Shown one piece after another: positions 32,319 through 43,429 of a stretch of 64,000 bases of DNA (position 1 is its first letter; each line of letters opens with the position of its first letter). The notes beneath the pieces are model-generated. The model did no database searches, was not told the DNA's origin, and worked only from the letters and a program-made list of their open reading frames with translations. Position numbers and translations under genes: made by a program. Origin of the DNA: an uncultured Calditrichaceae bacterium (GTDB lineage: Bacteria > Calditrichota > Calditrichia > RBG-13-44-9); the NCBI GenBank assembly GCA_964624795.1, contig CAZUZS010000015.1, positions 2,663 through 66,662 of the forward strand, written 5' to 3'.

Positions 32319-32635
32319 TTCTCATTCCTCCTTTGGTTTTGCACCTACAATATTAAATAGCGCGAGACATTCCGGCAATTTGCATTTTTTTTATTCCTCG
32401 AACTTCGAAGAAAACGGCAGGTCGCTGCGCTTTACCTTCAAAGCTGGCAGGTCCAACGGACAGTCATAAGCCCGTAATATTTGGAAAATTTGCTCTATTT
32501 TTGGGGTTTTCAATATCCGTTCTCTGGTACCTGAATAAATAAATTTTCTATAAAAAGAATCTATTCGGCTCCGGAACTATTTGATATTTCATCATAATGC
32601 ATTAAATTAAAGAGAAAATCGAGAGGAAATCGAAA

Positions 32636-33406
32636 ATGTCCTCCGAGATTAGAATCAAGTTTTTAGGCACTGGCAGCATTTTAGCGGAACCGCAGAGATC
32701 CTGCACCTCTTTAGTTATAGAGACCGCAAAGGAAAAAATATTGGTCGATGCGGGTCCCGGCACCTTGCACCGGCTGAGAGATATTAATATTGCACCACAC
32801 AATTTGACATACATTTTCATCACCCACTTTCATCCCGATCATGTGTCGGACTTGATTCCGATTCTGTTTGCAATTCGCAACACACATTTCGAGCAGCCGG
32901 TACCAGCATTGCGAGTGTGGGGACCAAGAGGATTTATCAATTTTTTACACAGCATGGAAATGGCCTACGGAAGGTGGCTGCACGGCAATGACGAATCTTT
33001 CAAATTTTATGAGCTGAAACGTCGATTGCTGGATTTTTCCGGATTCCGGCTGATCTGGGGAAAAGTAATTCACAAAAACGAAAGTGTCGGCTACCGATTT
33101 GAATTTAACCGGACAGTCATTACCATATCCGGTGACACCGGCTACTGCTCGGAATTGACCCGCCTGTGCCGCGATGCGGATCTGGCCATTCTGGAATGCT
33201 CATTCCCGGACGAGCTGGCCGTGGAAGGGCACCTTTCCCCCAGCCTGGCGGCAAAAATTGCCAATGATGCTAATGCAAAGAAATTGGTGCTGACCCACTT
33301 CTATCCCGGAACAGTAGACAGTGATCCGATCAGTACCGCTGAGAAGTTTTTTGAAGGTCCTATCGACTTAGCCGAAGACCTAAAGGAATATGTTCTTGCG
33401 CCATGA
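32636..33406 (+). CDS. MBL-fold metallo-hydrolase (RNase Z/BN-like)
   Basis: HxHxDH metal-binding motif (THFHPDHVSD) in a 256-aa beta-lactamase fold. Confidence 0.85.
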   Translation: MSSEIRIKFLGTGSILAEPQRSCTSLVIETAKEKILVDAGPGTLHRLRDINIAPHNLTYIFITHFHPDHVSDLIPILFAIRNTHFEQPVPALRVWGPRGFINFLHSMEMAYGRWLHGNDESFKFYELKRRLLDFSGFRLIWGKVIHKNESVGYRFEFNRTVITISGDTGYCSELTRLCRDADLAILECSFPDELAVEGHLSPSLAAKIANDANAKKLVLTHFYPGTVDSDPISTAEKFFEGPIDLAEDLKEYVLAP

Positions 33407-33649
33407 GCTAATCCGGTTTAGGTCTGGCTCCACGGCAAGCCGGTGTCCGGGGAGGCTTCCGTTACCGCTATGCCCATTTGGGAGAAACCGCAAGATAAAA
33501 ACAACTTGATTCATAAAGTCCGGTACTTTATGTTGTGCGTAATTATATATTGGCCTTAGCTTTTTTTCTAAGGAGTGCACAATACAGGGAGTTCTTATGC
33601 GATGCGCGGGACCGTTTGAAAAACTTATAATACGCAGAGAATATTAAGT

Positions 33650-34420
33650 TTGAAATTTCCAATTGTTTTTGCACATAGAGGGGCAAATAATTTTGCTCCG
33701 GAAAATTCCCTTTCGGCTTTTCAGAAGGCAATCGAGCTGGGTTGCGAGGGAATCGAGCTGGATGCCCGGTTCACCGCCGATGGGGATGTAGTCGTCTTCC
33801 ACGACCGGCACACATTTAGGATGACCGGTCATCGCGGTAGTATTCAACGAATGTCAACCGCTCAAATCAGGAATTTGCATCTGTTCGGATCGACCTCAAC
33901 ACCGGAAAAAATCCCCCTGTTGCAGGAGGTTCTGGAAATCGCAGGACGCGGAATGTTCATTAACATCGATGTCAAAAAAGAGAGCCTTGCCAAGAACGGT
34001 TTCGAGGAAAAGATACTGGCAATTCTGAAGGAATTCGGTTTCCGGGAAAACATTATTATTTCTTCCTTCAATCCGTTTGTGCTAAAAAAGATTACTTTTC
34101 TCCAGCCGGATTTGCACCTTGGATATATTTTCAGAAACCGCTCCAGTTTGCTGATGCTTAACGGGCAGCCCATAAAATCGCTCCATGCCCGGTATCGCCT
34201 TCTGAGCGCCCAATATATGACTAGTCTTCGAGAGCGCGGCGGACAAGTATACGGCTGGACGGTTGATGACGAACCGGCGATGCTCGATCTTATCATGAAG
34301 GAGGTCGATGGGATCATCACAAACCGGCCGGAGATTTTCATGGAGTTAAAGAATAAGATAACGGGTTGGGATAAACAAAAACTGGCGAATGTGGAAGTTG
34401 AGGAGGACGTAAACAGGTGA
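33650..34420 (+). CDS. Glycerophosphodiester phosphodiesterase
   Basis: GDPD motifs HRGANNFAPENS and ELDARFTADGDVVVFHD. Apparent TTG start. Confidence 0.85.
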   Translation: MKFPIVFAHRGANNFAPENSLSAFQKAIELGCEGIELDARFTADGDVVVFHDRHTFRMTGHRGSIQRMSTAQIRNLHLFGSTSTPEKIPLLQEVLEIAGRGMFINIDVKKESLAKNGFEEKILAILKEFGFRENIIISSFNPFVLKKITFLQPDLHLGYIFRNRSSLLMLNGQPIKSLHARYRLLSAQYMTSLRERGGQVYGWTVDDEPAMLDLIMKEVDGIITNRPEIFMELKNKITGWDKQKLANVEVEEDVNR

Positions 34421-34572
34421 CTTGGCGCAGATTTTTAATGATCATCGTGAGCTGGCGAATTTCTCATAACATAGAATTCCTCCTTTCGGCTGACAGATCG
34501 TTCTTTCGAACGTGAAAAACCCGGTGCGATCCAAGATAATGTCCCATAAAAAGATGTGACGGCGATTGGCAA

Positions 34573-34776
34573 ATGATTCTCATCAATGAAAATAGTTGTG
34601 ATTTATGCGGAACCTGCGTTGCGGTTTGTCCTGAAAATGTTATCGCGATGAGTTCCACCAGATTGAAAATCGATCATGAGAACTGCACTCTGTGCAACAA
34701 ATGCGTATGGGTTTGCCCGGTGAAGGCGCTGGAGCTCGCTGTCCCAAAGGGCGAAACGCAACCGGAGTTAGCTTGA
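34573..34776 (+). CDS. 2x[4Fe-4S] ferredoxin
   Basis: Two CxxCxxCxxxCP motifs in 67 aa. Confidence 0.8.
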   Translation: MILINENSCDLCGTCVAVCPENVIAMSSTRLKIDHENCTLCNKCVWVCPVKALELAVPKGETQPELA

Positions 34777-34891
34777 GATAATTATTGTCCGCAGTGCGAT
34801 GTTTGCAGAAAATCGCAGTTTTTCGATTTCTTCCCACCTTAAAACCCGGCTCAGGGTTGGATTCTATTAAAAAAATGCCGTATCTTTTCTC

Positions 34892-35848
34892 ATGAAAGCA
34901 TTTGCGGAACGGATTAAGGAGCATGCATATCAGCTTGGTTTCGATCAGGCTGGAATCACCGGCTCGGAGCCGCTGACAGAAGCCCATCAAAATCTCATGT
35001 CCTATTTGAACGAGAATCGCCACGGAACCATGGAATGGTTGGCAACAACGGCGACTCAAAGAGCCAACCCAGCCGCATTTTATCCCGACACCCGTTCCAT
35101 CCTCATGGTAGCGCATAATTACTATCGGGAGCGCGAAGAAATCTTTATGCCCATTGCATCCGGCACGATATCTCTCTATGCCCGTGGAAGAGATTATCAC
35201 CGCGTCATCCGGAAAAAGCTGAAATCACTTCTCTCATGGATACAGGAGCAGAAACCGGAAGCCAGCGGTCGCGTTTTTGTCGATTCCTTCCCTATCATGG
35301 AAAAGCCGCTGGCGGTCCGTGCCGGTCTCGGCTGGATAGCCAAAAACACCACATTGATCATGAAAACAAAAGGATCTTATTTTTTTCTGGGTGGGATTCT
35401 CCTGAACATCCAGCTTCCTCCCGATGAACCATTCACGCAAGAGTTTTGCGGTGAATGCAGCCGCTGCCAGCAGGCTTGCCCTACCGGTGCGATTACCGGG
35501 CCTTTCCGCCTGGATTCGCGCCGATGCATTTCATACCTCACAATCGAGCACACGGGGGTAATCGACGAAGCAATCAGTGAAAAAACCGGCAATCATATTT
35601 TTGGATGCGACATCTGCCAGGCGGTTTGTCCCTGGAACCAGCGCTTTGCCAAAAGCGCCTCCGAACCTGATTATTCAAGTCGCTTTAGCGAAACCGATTT
35701 ACTTCTGAACCGGTTGGCAAGCTTGACGAAAGAAGAGTTCGAGGCCATGTTTGAGGGAACGCCTGTGCGGCGGGCGGGCTACAAGAGGTTCATGAGAAAT
35801 GTGGAAACCGCCAGGGAAAATATGCCGGAAACTGACGAGCAAAAATAA
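34892..35848 (+). CDS. queG: tRNA epoxyqueuosine(34) reductase
   Basis: QueG-like N-terminus and two 4Fe-4S Cys clusters (CGECSRCQQACP, CDICQAVCPWN). Confidence 0.88.
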   Translation: MKAFAERIKEHAYQLGFDQAGITGSEPLTEAHQNLMSYLNENRHGTMEWLATTATQRANPAAFYPDTRSILMVAHNYYREREEIFMPIASGTISLYARGRDYHRVIRKKLKSLLSWIQEQKPEASGRVFVDSFPIMEKPLAVRAGLGWIAKNTTLIMKTKGSYFFLGGILLNIQLPPDEPFTQEFCGECSRCQQACPTGAITGPFRLDSRRCISYLTIEHTGVIDEAISEKTGNHIFGCDICQAVCPWNQRFAKSASEPDYSSRFSETDLLLNRLASLTKEEFEAMFEGTPVRRAGYKRFMRNVETARENMPETDEQK

Positions 35849-36016
35849 GGCAAACCAGGAAAGCCTATTTTGTTGATGCTGCATTCTCGAATGAAACATT
35901 GCTTACACTTTCGACAAGGTTGAACTTTCGGCGGATAAAAATATTTAATTTAATGAATTTTATGGTTCCTTTATGTAAGTTTCAAAATGTGATTTAGCAG
36001 CGGGAGCTTTTTCAAT

Positions 36017-37954
36017 ATGGAAGAGAAAAAATTTGAGATCCTGACGCAAATTGAATCTCCGGATGATCTGAAAAATTTGAGCCATGTTGAGCTTAAACAA
36101 CTGGCCGGGGAAATCCGGGGTTACCTGGTAAATATTTTGCCCGCAACCGACAGCCACCTGGCTTCCAGCCTGGGAGTGGTGGAACTAACTGTTGCCCTGC
36201 ACTATATTTTTCAAACGCCCAGGGATCTGCTTATCTGGGATGTCGGCCACCAATCGTATGTTCATAAATTACTTACCGGCCGCCGTGAAGCACTGGAAAA
36301 CATTCGCCGGCCGGGAGGGATCAGCGGTTTTCCGGTACGGGACGAGAGCGTGTATGACAATTTTGGCACCGGGCACGCCAGCACATCCATCTCCGCTGCG
36401 CTGGGGCTTGCCGCGGCGCGCGACCTGAAGGGCGAAAAACACAAGGTCGTAGCGGTCATTGGGGACGGTTCGCTCTCCGGCGGCATGGCTTATGAAGGCC
36501 TGAATAATGCCGGGCAGTCCGGGAAAAATCTGCTGGTGGTGCTGAATGACAACACCATTTCCATTTCGCGTACTGTCGGCGGCATAGCCAACTACCTGAA
36601 CATGATCATTACCAATCCATATTATGAAAAGGTAAAAAGTGAAGTCTGGGATTTCACGGCAAAAATCCCGCCTCTGACCGAAAAGATCCGTAGCCTGGCC
36701 CGCCGGACGCAGGACAGTATCAAGACCTTCATTCTGCCCGGTCTGTTTTTTGAGGACCTGGGACTGCGTTATTTTGGTCCCATTAATGGTCACGATATGG
36801 AAGAGTTGCTTCATATTCTGGGGCGCATCAAGGACCTGCGGGGACCGGTTCTGCTGCATGTGTTAACCAAGAAAGGAAAAGGTTCTTCCGCGGCAGAGAA
36901 ACGTCCTGCCTGGACACGGGGATTCAACGCTCTCACACGAGAACCAACTGGAGAAGAAGAAAGGGAAGGGATTGCGTATTCAGAGGTTTTCGGAAAAACC
37001 GTAACGCAGTTGGCGGAAAAAAGCGACCGCCTGTGCGCCGTAACGCCTGCGATGGGTGAAGAGACCGGTTTAAACGACTTCAGAGAAAAATTTCCGGAAC
37101 GGCTGTTTGATGTGGGGATTGCGGAGGAACATGCTGTCACATTTGCAGCAGGTCTCGCTGCCGGCGGCAACCGTCCGGTGGTTTCGCTTTATTCTACTTT
37201 TCTCCAGCGCGCTTTCGACCAGATGATTCACGATGTTTCGTTGCAGCGATTGCCGGTGATCTTTGCCATAGATCGTGCCGGTCTGGTCGGCGAAGACGGT
37301 CCAACCCATCATGGCATCTTTGATTTATCATATATGAATCCTATCCCCAATCTCATCATCTCCGCGCCAAAGGACGGACAGGAGCTTCGAAACCTGCTTT
37401 ACACTGCATTGATGCAGGATCGCGAAGCGTTTGCCATTCGTTACCCGCATCTTCCCACGCCGGACGATGTGGATTTAGCCGGCAAATTCAGGGAAATCGG
37501 CATCGGAGAATGGGAGATCGTCAACTCCGGCGAGAGAATCGCGATCCTGGCAGTGGGCAGCATGGTTGCGGAGAGTCTTCGGGCGCTGGAAATCCTGAAA
37601 TTGCATGGCATCAATCCAACCATCGTGAACTGTCGTTTCGTAAAACCACTTGATGAAAAATTGCTGCACCGGCTGGCGCACGATTACAAACATATTTACA
37701 CCGTGGAAGAGAATGTGCTGGAAGGCGGATTCGGGCAAAAGATCGCAGACTTTCTTCAGAAGCACGGCTACCCGGATCATATTTATCTGCAAACGAAGGG
37801 AATTCCCGATAAATTTGTGGAACACGGCAGCCGGGATTACCTTCTCGATCTGGTTGGCCTGTCTTCTCAAAAGTTGGCAGAATGGATTCTGGAAGCCGAA
37901 CACATCGAGATTGATCAGGATCTCTTCGCCCAAAAAAACCAGGTTCAAAAGTAG
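36017..37954 (+). CDS. dxs: 1-deoxy-D-xylulose-5-phosphate synthase
   Basis: 645 aa. TPP-binding motif GDGSLSGGMAYEGLNNAG, transketolase-like domains, conserved N-terminus. Confidence 0.97.
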   Translation: MEEKKFEILTQIESPDDLKNLSHVELKQLAGEIRGYLVNILPATDSHLASSLGVVELTVALHYIFQTPRDLLIWDVGHQSYVHKLLTGRREALENIRRPGGISGFPVRDESVYDNFGTGHASTSISAALGLAAARDLKGEKHKVVAVIGDGSLSGGMAYEGLNNAGQSGKNLLVVLNDNTISISRTVGGIANYLNMIITNPYYEKVKSEVWDFTAKIPPLTEKIRSLARRTQDSIKTFILPGLFFEDLGLRYFGPINGHDMEELLHILGRIKDLRGPVLLHVLTKKGKGSSAAEKRPAWTRGFNALTREPTGEEEREGIAYSEVFGKTVTQLAEKSDRLCAVTPAMGEETGLNDFREKFPERLFDVGIAEEHAVTFAAGLAAGGNRPVVSLYSTFLQRAFDQMIHDVSLQRLPVIFAIDRAGLVGEDGPTHHGIFDLSYMNPIPNLIISAPKDGQELRNLLYTALMQDREAFAIRYPHLPTPDDVDLAGKFREIGIGEWEIVNSGERIAILAVGSMVAESLRALEILKLHGINPTIVNCRFVKPLDEKLLHRLAHDYKHIYTVEENVLEGGFGQKIADFLQKHGYPDHIYLQTKGIPDKFVEHGSRDYLLDLVGLSSQKLAEWILEAEHIEIDQDLFAQKNQVQK

Positions 37955-38064
37955 GCTCGGATTCCGATTTTATGAAATCGGCAGCGCTCGGTCCGCAACG
38001 AATTTGCGCCACAATTTCCTGCGTTTTGTTTTTCCGGGATGAGATCTTTTATCAGGAAATAATT

Positions 38065-39993
38065 CTACACCGCATTCAATTGCGATCCTGCAATCCGCAC
38101 ATCTCCCTGGCGTAACGTTATTTTGCTATTATCGAGGTAGGTCAACAGCGGTATCGCAAATTTGCGGGTGGTGCCGGTCAAATCCTTGAATTGCGTTACG
38201 GTCAGCTCGGACGCCTGCCGGAAATGTTCCCGGATAATGCTCACGATCCGGCGAATAACATCTCCGTGAAAAAACAGCTTCTCCTCGACCAAGATCAAGC
38301 TACCTTGTTCCCTCAAAATATTCACCAGCTCTTTGAATTCTTTTTCCGCCAGACCACTATCGTTCAACGCCTCGGCGTAGGTTGGCGGATTGAAATCCGC
38401 TTTTTTATAAAGTTGCTCTATTTTTTCCATTTTCTCCTGCAAGGGTTGCGACAGCCCCGATTGGAATTCGCCGGAAGCGATGGCTTCGCCGGTTTGCTTC
38501 AGGTTTCCATTCTTAAGGCCGTAAGTTACCGCCAACTGGATAAGCTCGTCCGGGTAGCGTCGCCCGATCCGGCTGCTTAACTCCTTCGGGCGCATGCCCG
38601 GCCGGCCGGGGAACTGTGTGTGGTATCTCTGTAAAACCCGCTGCCCCAGTGCCAGAACCATTTCCAACTGTTTCCCGGAATAATAATATTGATCCCCTCC
38701 TTTTGCCAGACGGAAAAGCTCCTGCTTGTTCTGCAAGTCATGGATTATCGCGTCTATTTCATGAATTTCCAGGCCAACCTTTACCTGCAATTCCCGCGGC
38801 GAGTACGGACGAATCTCAGCGACCGAGAAAATTGCGGCTACTCTCGTCTTCCCATCGCTGCTCTCAAGCCCTTCCAGGGATTCCTTGAATTCCTCAAGAT
38901 ATTTTTTGCGGTATTTGGGCGGATTGGTGTTGAGCACCACCCCGCCTCCCAGAGTCACCTGGGGCGAATACTGACGGATGATGAAACGGTCCCTGAATGA
39001 AGCATAAACCGGCTCCTCCAGCCGGAATTGAACAAACCCGGATTCACCGGGCGCGATGACTTTGGATTCCGGAATTATTATGCGGGCAAACACTTCCCTG
39101 GTGTGAACGTGCACACGGAGCCGCATCTGGTTTTGAATAGGGGCAGGAGAATCCGGCAAAACATTCAGCCTGGCATTAAAAAGCACGACAGGATCGTAAA
39201 AGCCGGGCAATGTGATCACCTGGCCGCGATGCAGTTGTTCCATCTCGACGCCGGCTAAATTCAGGGCGGCCCGGAAGCCGGGTTTCACGGATTCGACTTT
39301 GTGATCGTGGCTGTGCAATCCCCTCACCCTGGCCTGAAGCTTCTGCGGCAGAATTTCAACCGCCTGCCCGGAATTGATACTGCCCGAGAGGACGCTGCCC
39401 GTAATCACTGTTCCGAATCCCGGCTTGGTGAACACGCGATCCACCGGCAGCCGAAAAATTCCGTCGTCGGTTCTGGGCTTTATATTTTCCAGATTGCGGG
39501 CAAGCTCTTTCCGGATTTCCTCAATACCCTCCCCGGTCACAGCGGAAGCCTTCAAAACCGGCGCATCCTTGAAAGCAGTTCGGCTCAAAATATCACGGAC
39601 CTCTTCTTCGACCAAAAGCAGCCACTCTTCCTCTACCAGGTCAGTTTTGGTAACGATAAAAATCCCGTTTTCTATACCCAGCAGATTGATGATATCAAGA
39701 TGTTCACGGGTTTGCGGCATTACGCCGTCATCGGCTGCCACCACGAACAGCACCAGGTCGATGGTGCTGACGCCAGCCACCATGTTTTTCACCAGCCGCT
39801 CGTGTCCGGGCACATCGATGATGGTGACATTCTCGCTCAGGTGAGCGAACCCAAGATCGATAGTGATTCCGCGTTCCTGCTCCTCCCGCAGCCGGTCGGT
39901 GTTAATCCCGGTGAGCGCCTGTACCAGCGCCGTTTTGCCGTGGTCTATATGACCGGCCATGCCGATTACAAAGTGTCTGTTTGGGTCTGCCAT
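38065..39993 (-). CDS. selB: Selenocysteine-specific elongation factor SelB
   Basis: EF-Tu-like GTPase N-terminus ([14 protein letters not shown]), 642 aa, C-terminal winged-helix extensions. Adjacent to selA. Confidence 0.95.
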   Translation of the reverse strand: MADPNRHFVIGMAGHIDHGKTALVQALTGINTDRLREEQERGITIDLGFAHLSENVTIIDVPGHERLVKNMVAGVSTIDLVLFVVAADDGVMPQTREHLDIINLLGIENGIFIVTKTDLVEEEWLLLVEEEVRDILSRTAFKDAPVLKASAVTGEGIEEIRKELARNLENIKPRTDDGIFRLPVDRVFTKPGFGTVITGSVLSGSINSGQAVEILPQKLQARVRGLHSHDHKVESVKPGFRAALNLAGVEMEQLHRGQVITLPGFYDPVVLFNARLNVLPDSPAPIQNQMRLRVHVHTREVFARIIIPESKVIAPGESGFVQFRLEEPVYASFRDRFIIRQYSPQVTLGGGVVLNTNPPKYRKKYLEEFKESLEGLESSDGKTRVAAIFSVAEIRPYSPRELQVKVGLEIHEIDAIIHDLQNKQELFRLAKGGDQYYYSGKQLEMVLALGQRVLQRYHTQFPGRPGMRPKELSSRIGRRYPDELIQLAVTYGLKNGNLKQTGEAIASGEFQSGLSQPLQEKMEKIEQLYKKADFNPPTYAEALNDSGLAEKEFKELVNILREQGSLILVEEKLFFHGDVIRRIVSIIREHFRQASELTVTQFKDLTGTTRKFAIPLLTYLDNSKITLRQGDVRIAGSQLNAV

Positions 39994-40069
39994 TTTTATT
40001 CGATTTCAGCTTTCATTTAATTTCGTGGATCAAGACGCAAGCAGCAGGAGATTCGCCGCTCCCTGTTTA

Positions 40070-41464
40070 TCATTCTTTATCAAAAAGCCGCACGATCTTT
40101 TCAGCAATCATGCTGATCTCATCTTCCCGCACGGTGCGAAGATTGATCATAAATTTGTCATTTTCGATGTAGCATGCTACCGCCGGATCTCCCATTCGCA
40201 GCTTTTTGGCAAACTGCATTAGACCCATCGTTTGGGGCACAATGCCGACTGCGGCCGACGGAATTTTTTCCAGCGGCAGGGCACCGGAACCCATTTGCGA
40301 ATAGGCATCCTCGACTTCAGCAGCCAGCGGAAGATTTTTTAGTTTGCCGATCAGCACCTGGCCACGCCTCTTTAACTCATCCACGGTGACTGTCAACATA
40401 GCCGCCACCGGTAGCTTCTTCGGCAGCTTTGCAGGATTCAGATAGAAGCGCAGGGTCGCATCCAGCAGCGCGTAGGTCAGTTTATCGCAGCGCAGCGCCC
40501 GCAGGAGGTGATTCTTTTTTATCTCTCGCATGAATTCTTTTTTTCCGATGATAATACCAGCCTGCGGCCCACCCAGGATTTTGTCGCCGCTAAACGTAAT
40601 AATATCCGCGCCAGCCTCAATCAGGTCGCGCGCTACCGGCTCGTGCGGATGCCCCCAGTTTGCCAAATCCTCGATGACCCCACTGCCCATATCGTAAATC
40701 AGCGGCATGTCGTGTTTCTTAGCTAATCCTGCCAATTGCTCGACAGGGACGGAATCGGTAAAACCGAGTACGCGGTAGTTGCTGGTATGAACCTTCAGAA
40801 TGGCACCGGTGCGATCATTGATTGCATCTTCATAATCCTGAAGATGGGTTTTGTTTGTGGTCCCGACTTCCACCATTTTAGCTCGGCTGATTTTCATCAC
40901 TTCCGGCATCCGGAACGACCCGCCAATTTCCACCAATTCTCCGCGCGAAACCGGCACTTCTTTCCGGCTGCACAAACTGTTCAGCGCAATCAAAACCGCG
41001 GCGGCATTGTTATTGACCACTTCCACTGCCTCGGCGCCGGTAATGAGACAGAGAATTTCCTCTATGGCATCGGTGCGCCTGCCGCGTTTTCCGGTTTCCA
41101 GGTTGAATTCCAGGTTGCAGTAATTCTGCAGTATTTCTTCAAGATGCAACGCTGCGGCGGGAGCGATCGGCGCTCTCCCCAGGTTGGTGTGCAAAATGAT
41201 CCCGGTTCCGTTTATCACTCGTTTCAGCCGGTGGGCGGCAAGCCTTTCAATCCGGGACTTTACCTGCCGCACTATTTTCTCCTTGATTGCAGCACGGTCG
41301 GCAATTTTCATTTTTGCCCCGGCCTCGAGCTCGGATCGAACTTTTTCAATGGTTTCCTGCACAACGGATTTTAGATAGCGGAAATCAATTTGAATCTCCG
41401 CCAAAGAAGGTTCCTGCAAGACCTCCTGCACCGAAGGAATATTTCGCAGCGGGATTTCAGACAT
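40070..41464 (-). CDS. selA: L-seryl-tRNA(Sec) selenium transferase
   Basis: Start chosen at MSEIPLRNIPSV... (ATG at 41464). It overlaps the upstream stop by 8 nt (ATGTCTGA). PLP-dependent fold with SGDKILGGPQAG lysine region. Confidence 0.92.
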   Translation of the reverse strand: MSEIPLRNIPSVQEVLQEPSLAEIQIDFRYLKSVVQETIEKVRSELEAGAKMKIADRAAIKEKIVRQVKSRIERLAAHRLKRVINGTGIILHTNLGRAPIAPAAALHLEEILQNYCNLEFNLETGKRGRRTDAIEEILCLITGAEAVEVVNNNAAAVLIALNSLCSRKEVPVSRGELVEIGGSFRMPEVMKISRAKMVEVGTTNKTHLQDYEDAINDRTGAILKVHTSNYRVLGFTDSVPVEQLAGLAKKHDMPLIYDMGSGVIEDLANWGHPHEPVARDLIEAGADIITFSGDKILGGPQAGIIIGKKEFMREIKKNHLLRALRCDKLTYALLDATLRFYLNPAKLPKKLPVAAMLTVTVDELKRRGQVLIGKLKNLPLAAEVEDAYSQMGSGALPLEKIPSAAVGIVPQTMGLMQFAKKLRMGDPAVACYIENDKFMINLRTVREDEISMIAEKIVRLFDKE

Positions 41465-42767
41465 TTGGCTGGTTCTCGGGCGATTCATTCTCCGTTGTCT
41501 GCAGTTTTTCGACACGAACTTTGAGGATACGGTTCCGGTTGATTTTTTCAACCACAAATCTATAATTGTTGTATTTGATTTCCTCCTTCTCCTTGGGCAA
41601 CGACCCCAAAATACTGAGGATGAAACCGCTGATGGTCTCCACCCCTTCTTCGGACGGCAGGTCGAGGTCCAGCTCATCGTTCACCTCTTCCAGCGACATC
41701 CGGCCGTCGATCTGGAAAGCGCCTCCTTCCAGTTTCTTGAATAGCGGCGATTCCTTATCATACTCATCCTGGATTTCCCCGACAATCTCTTCGATAATAT
41801 CTTCCAAAGTGACAATACCGGAAATCCCGCCGTACTCATCCACCACCAGCGCCATGTGGATGTGCTCGGCCTGGAACTCCCGAAGAAGCTCATCGATCTT
41901 TTTCTGTTCGGGAACGAAATACGCAGGGCGCGCCAGCTTTTCCAACTCAATCCGTTCGTTCCTTTTTTTGTAGAGATAAGGAAGCAAATCCTTTACATAG
42001 AGAATTCCGATGATGTTATCAATTTTATCTTTGAATACGGGAATCCGCGAATGCAGTTTGGTTTTCACCAGCCGCATCAACTGGGCAAGGGTTGTCGTAG
42101 TATCCACAATAATCATGTCCGTTCGCGGTACCATGATTTCCCTCACGGTGGTATCCCCAAACTCAAAAATGCTGTGGATCATCTCCCTCTCATCTTTCAG
42201 CAGGCTGCCCTGCTCCTCACCTACCTCCGCCAGAGTCTTTAGTTCTTCTTCGGTGAGCATTGTCTTTTCATCCCGGAAGCCGGAGCGGGATTGCAGGAAA
42301 CGGGTGAAGCTGGCAATAGAATAGGAGATAGGGTAAAGCAAGAAGAAGATAAATGTCAGCGGCAGAGACGCCCGGATCGAGAAATTTTCCGAATTCCGCA
42401 CCGCTATGACTTTTGGCAGAATTTCGCTCAAAACCAGGATGACGAATGTAACGACAAACACATCGATCAGGATAATCACATTTTGATTGACACCAACGAA
42501 ATTTGTTAATCGGGATGTTAAAAGAGCGGCGATTGATGCTATGGTGATATTCACCATTGTATTTCCCAGCACAATTGTGATCAATAGCTGGCGGGGCCAC
42601 GACATCAGCTTGGTGATGCGCTGGTCGGAGGTTCGTGTCGAATTTTTAAAGGTTTCGAGCTGGGCGGGAGTAAGTGAAAAATATGCCGTTTCCGAACCGG
42701 AGAAAAAAGCAGAAAGTGTAAGAAGAACGATGAAGATGAGCAGATAAATAGCTATTTCAAGTATCAA
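41457..42767 (-). CDS. CNNM/CorB-type transporter (DUF21 TM domain, tandem CBS, CorC_HlyC)
   Basis: Four N-terminal TM helices with FFSGSETA, CBS pairs, and a C-terminal transporter-associated domain. This is the YbeX/CorC position downstream of ybeY, but with a membrane domain. Confidence 0.88.
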   Translation of the reverse strand: MILEIAIYLLIFIVLLTLSAFFSGSETAYFSLTPAQLETFKNSTRTSDQRITKLMSWPRQLLITIVLGNTMVNITIASIAALLTSRLTNFVGVNQNVIILIDVFVVTFVILVLSEILPKVIAVRNSENFSIRASLPLTFIFFLLYPISYSIASFTRFLQSRSGFRDEKTMLTEEELKTLAEVGEEQGSLLKDEREMIHSIFEFGDTTVREIMVPRTDMIIVDTTTTLAQLMRLVKTKLHSRIPVFKDKIDNIIGILYVKDLLPYLYKKRNERIELEKLARPAYFVPEQKKIDELLREFQAEHIHMALVVDEYGGISGIVTLEDIIEEIVGEIQDEYDKESPLFKKLEGGAFQIDGRMSLEEVNDELDLDLPSEEGVETISGFILSILGSLPKEKEEIKYNNYRFVVEKINRNRILKVRVEKLQTTENESPENQPNV

Positions 42768-42994
42768 TTTAAAGTAACTTACCTCGTAATAATTGTACTC
42801 AGTTATTTAGGGTATGAAATATAAATTTTTATTCAATGGAAATCCAACTTTTTTCAATTGAGTGGAAGCGGTTGCGAATCGGCGTAGGGCAGGGAAATAT
42901 TCCGGGAAAATATTCGCCGATAAGGTGCCAGCCAATTTTTGATTTTCGCTTCATTTTCAGCAATGTGTCGATTCTTTGGGAAAAATGAGCACGC

Positions 42995-43429
42995 TCAGCC
43001 GGCCCAATATTTTTTTAGCAGCTCATTCTCCAGACGATGCATCTTTTCCCGTTCCGCTTCGGTTGCATCGTCGTAGCCTTCCAAATGAAGCAGTCCGTGG
43101 AAAATCAGCCGAGCAATCTCGTTTGTCACCGGGACGCCGTACTGCCTGGCCTGTATTTTTGCCCTATCGAAACTGATGTAGATTTCTGCTTCTATTTCTC
43201 CGCCGGGATTCAAATTGAATGTCATGACGTCGGTGTAGCTGCTATCGTTCAGATATTTGGAGTGCAATTTTCGAAGATATTCGTCATCGACCAGGATCAC
43301 GCTCAATTCATTTACCGCCAGGCGTCGCTCAACCAGCACGCGATCAATAACCGGCTTATACTGCTTAAGGGATATTTCATTCCCAGGGAGATCATTGTGC
43401 AGGTGTATGTTCGCTCTCTTTCTTGTCAT
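42995..43429 (-). CDS. ybeY: rRNA maturation endoribonuclease YbeY
   Basis: Zinc motif HGLLHLEGYD. Start chosen at ATG 43429 (MTRKRANIHLHN...). The track ORF reads through from the upstream gene's 3' region. Confidence 0.88.
   Translation of the reverse strand: MTRKRANIHLHNDLPGNEISLKQYKPVIDRVLVERRLAVNELSVILVDDEYLRKLHSKYLNDSSYTDVMTFNLNPGGEIEAEIYISFDRAKIQARQYGVPVTNEIARLIFHGLLHLEGYDDATEAEREKMHRLENELLKKYWAG

Noticed and set aside
37964-37982. Hairpin CCGAUUU-UAUGA-AAAUCGG between convergent dxs and selB
   Set aside because: It has an AU-rich 7-bp stem with no flanking U-tract on either strand. It may contribute to termination, but it does not meet intrinsic-terminator criteria.
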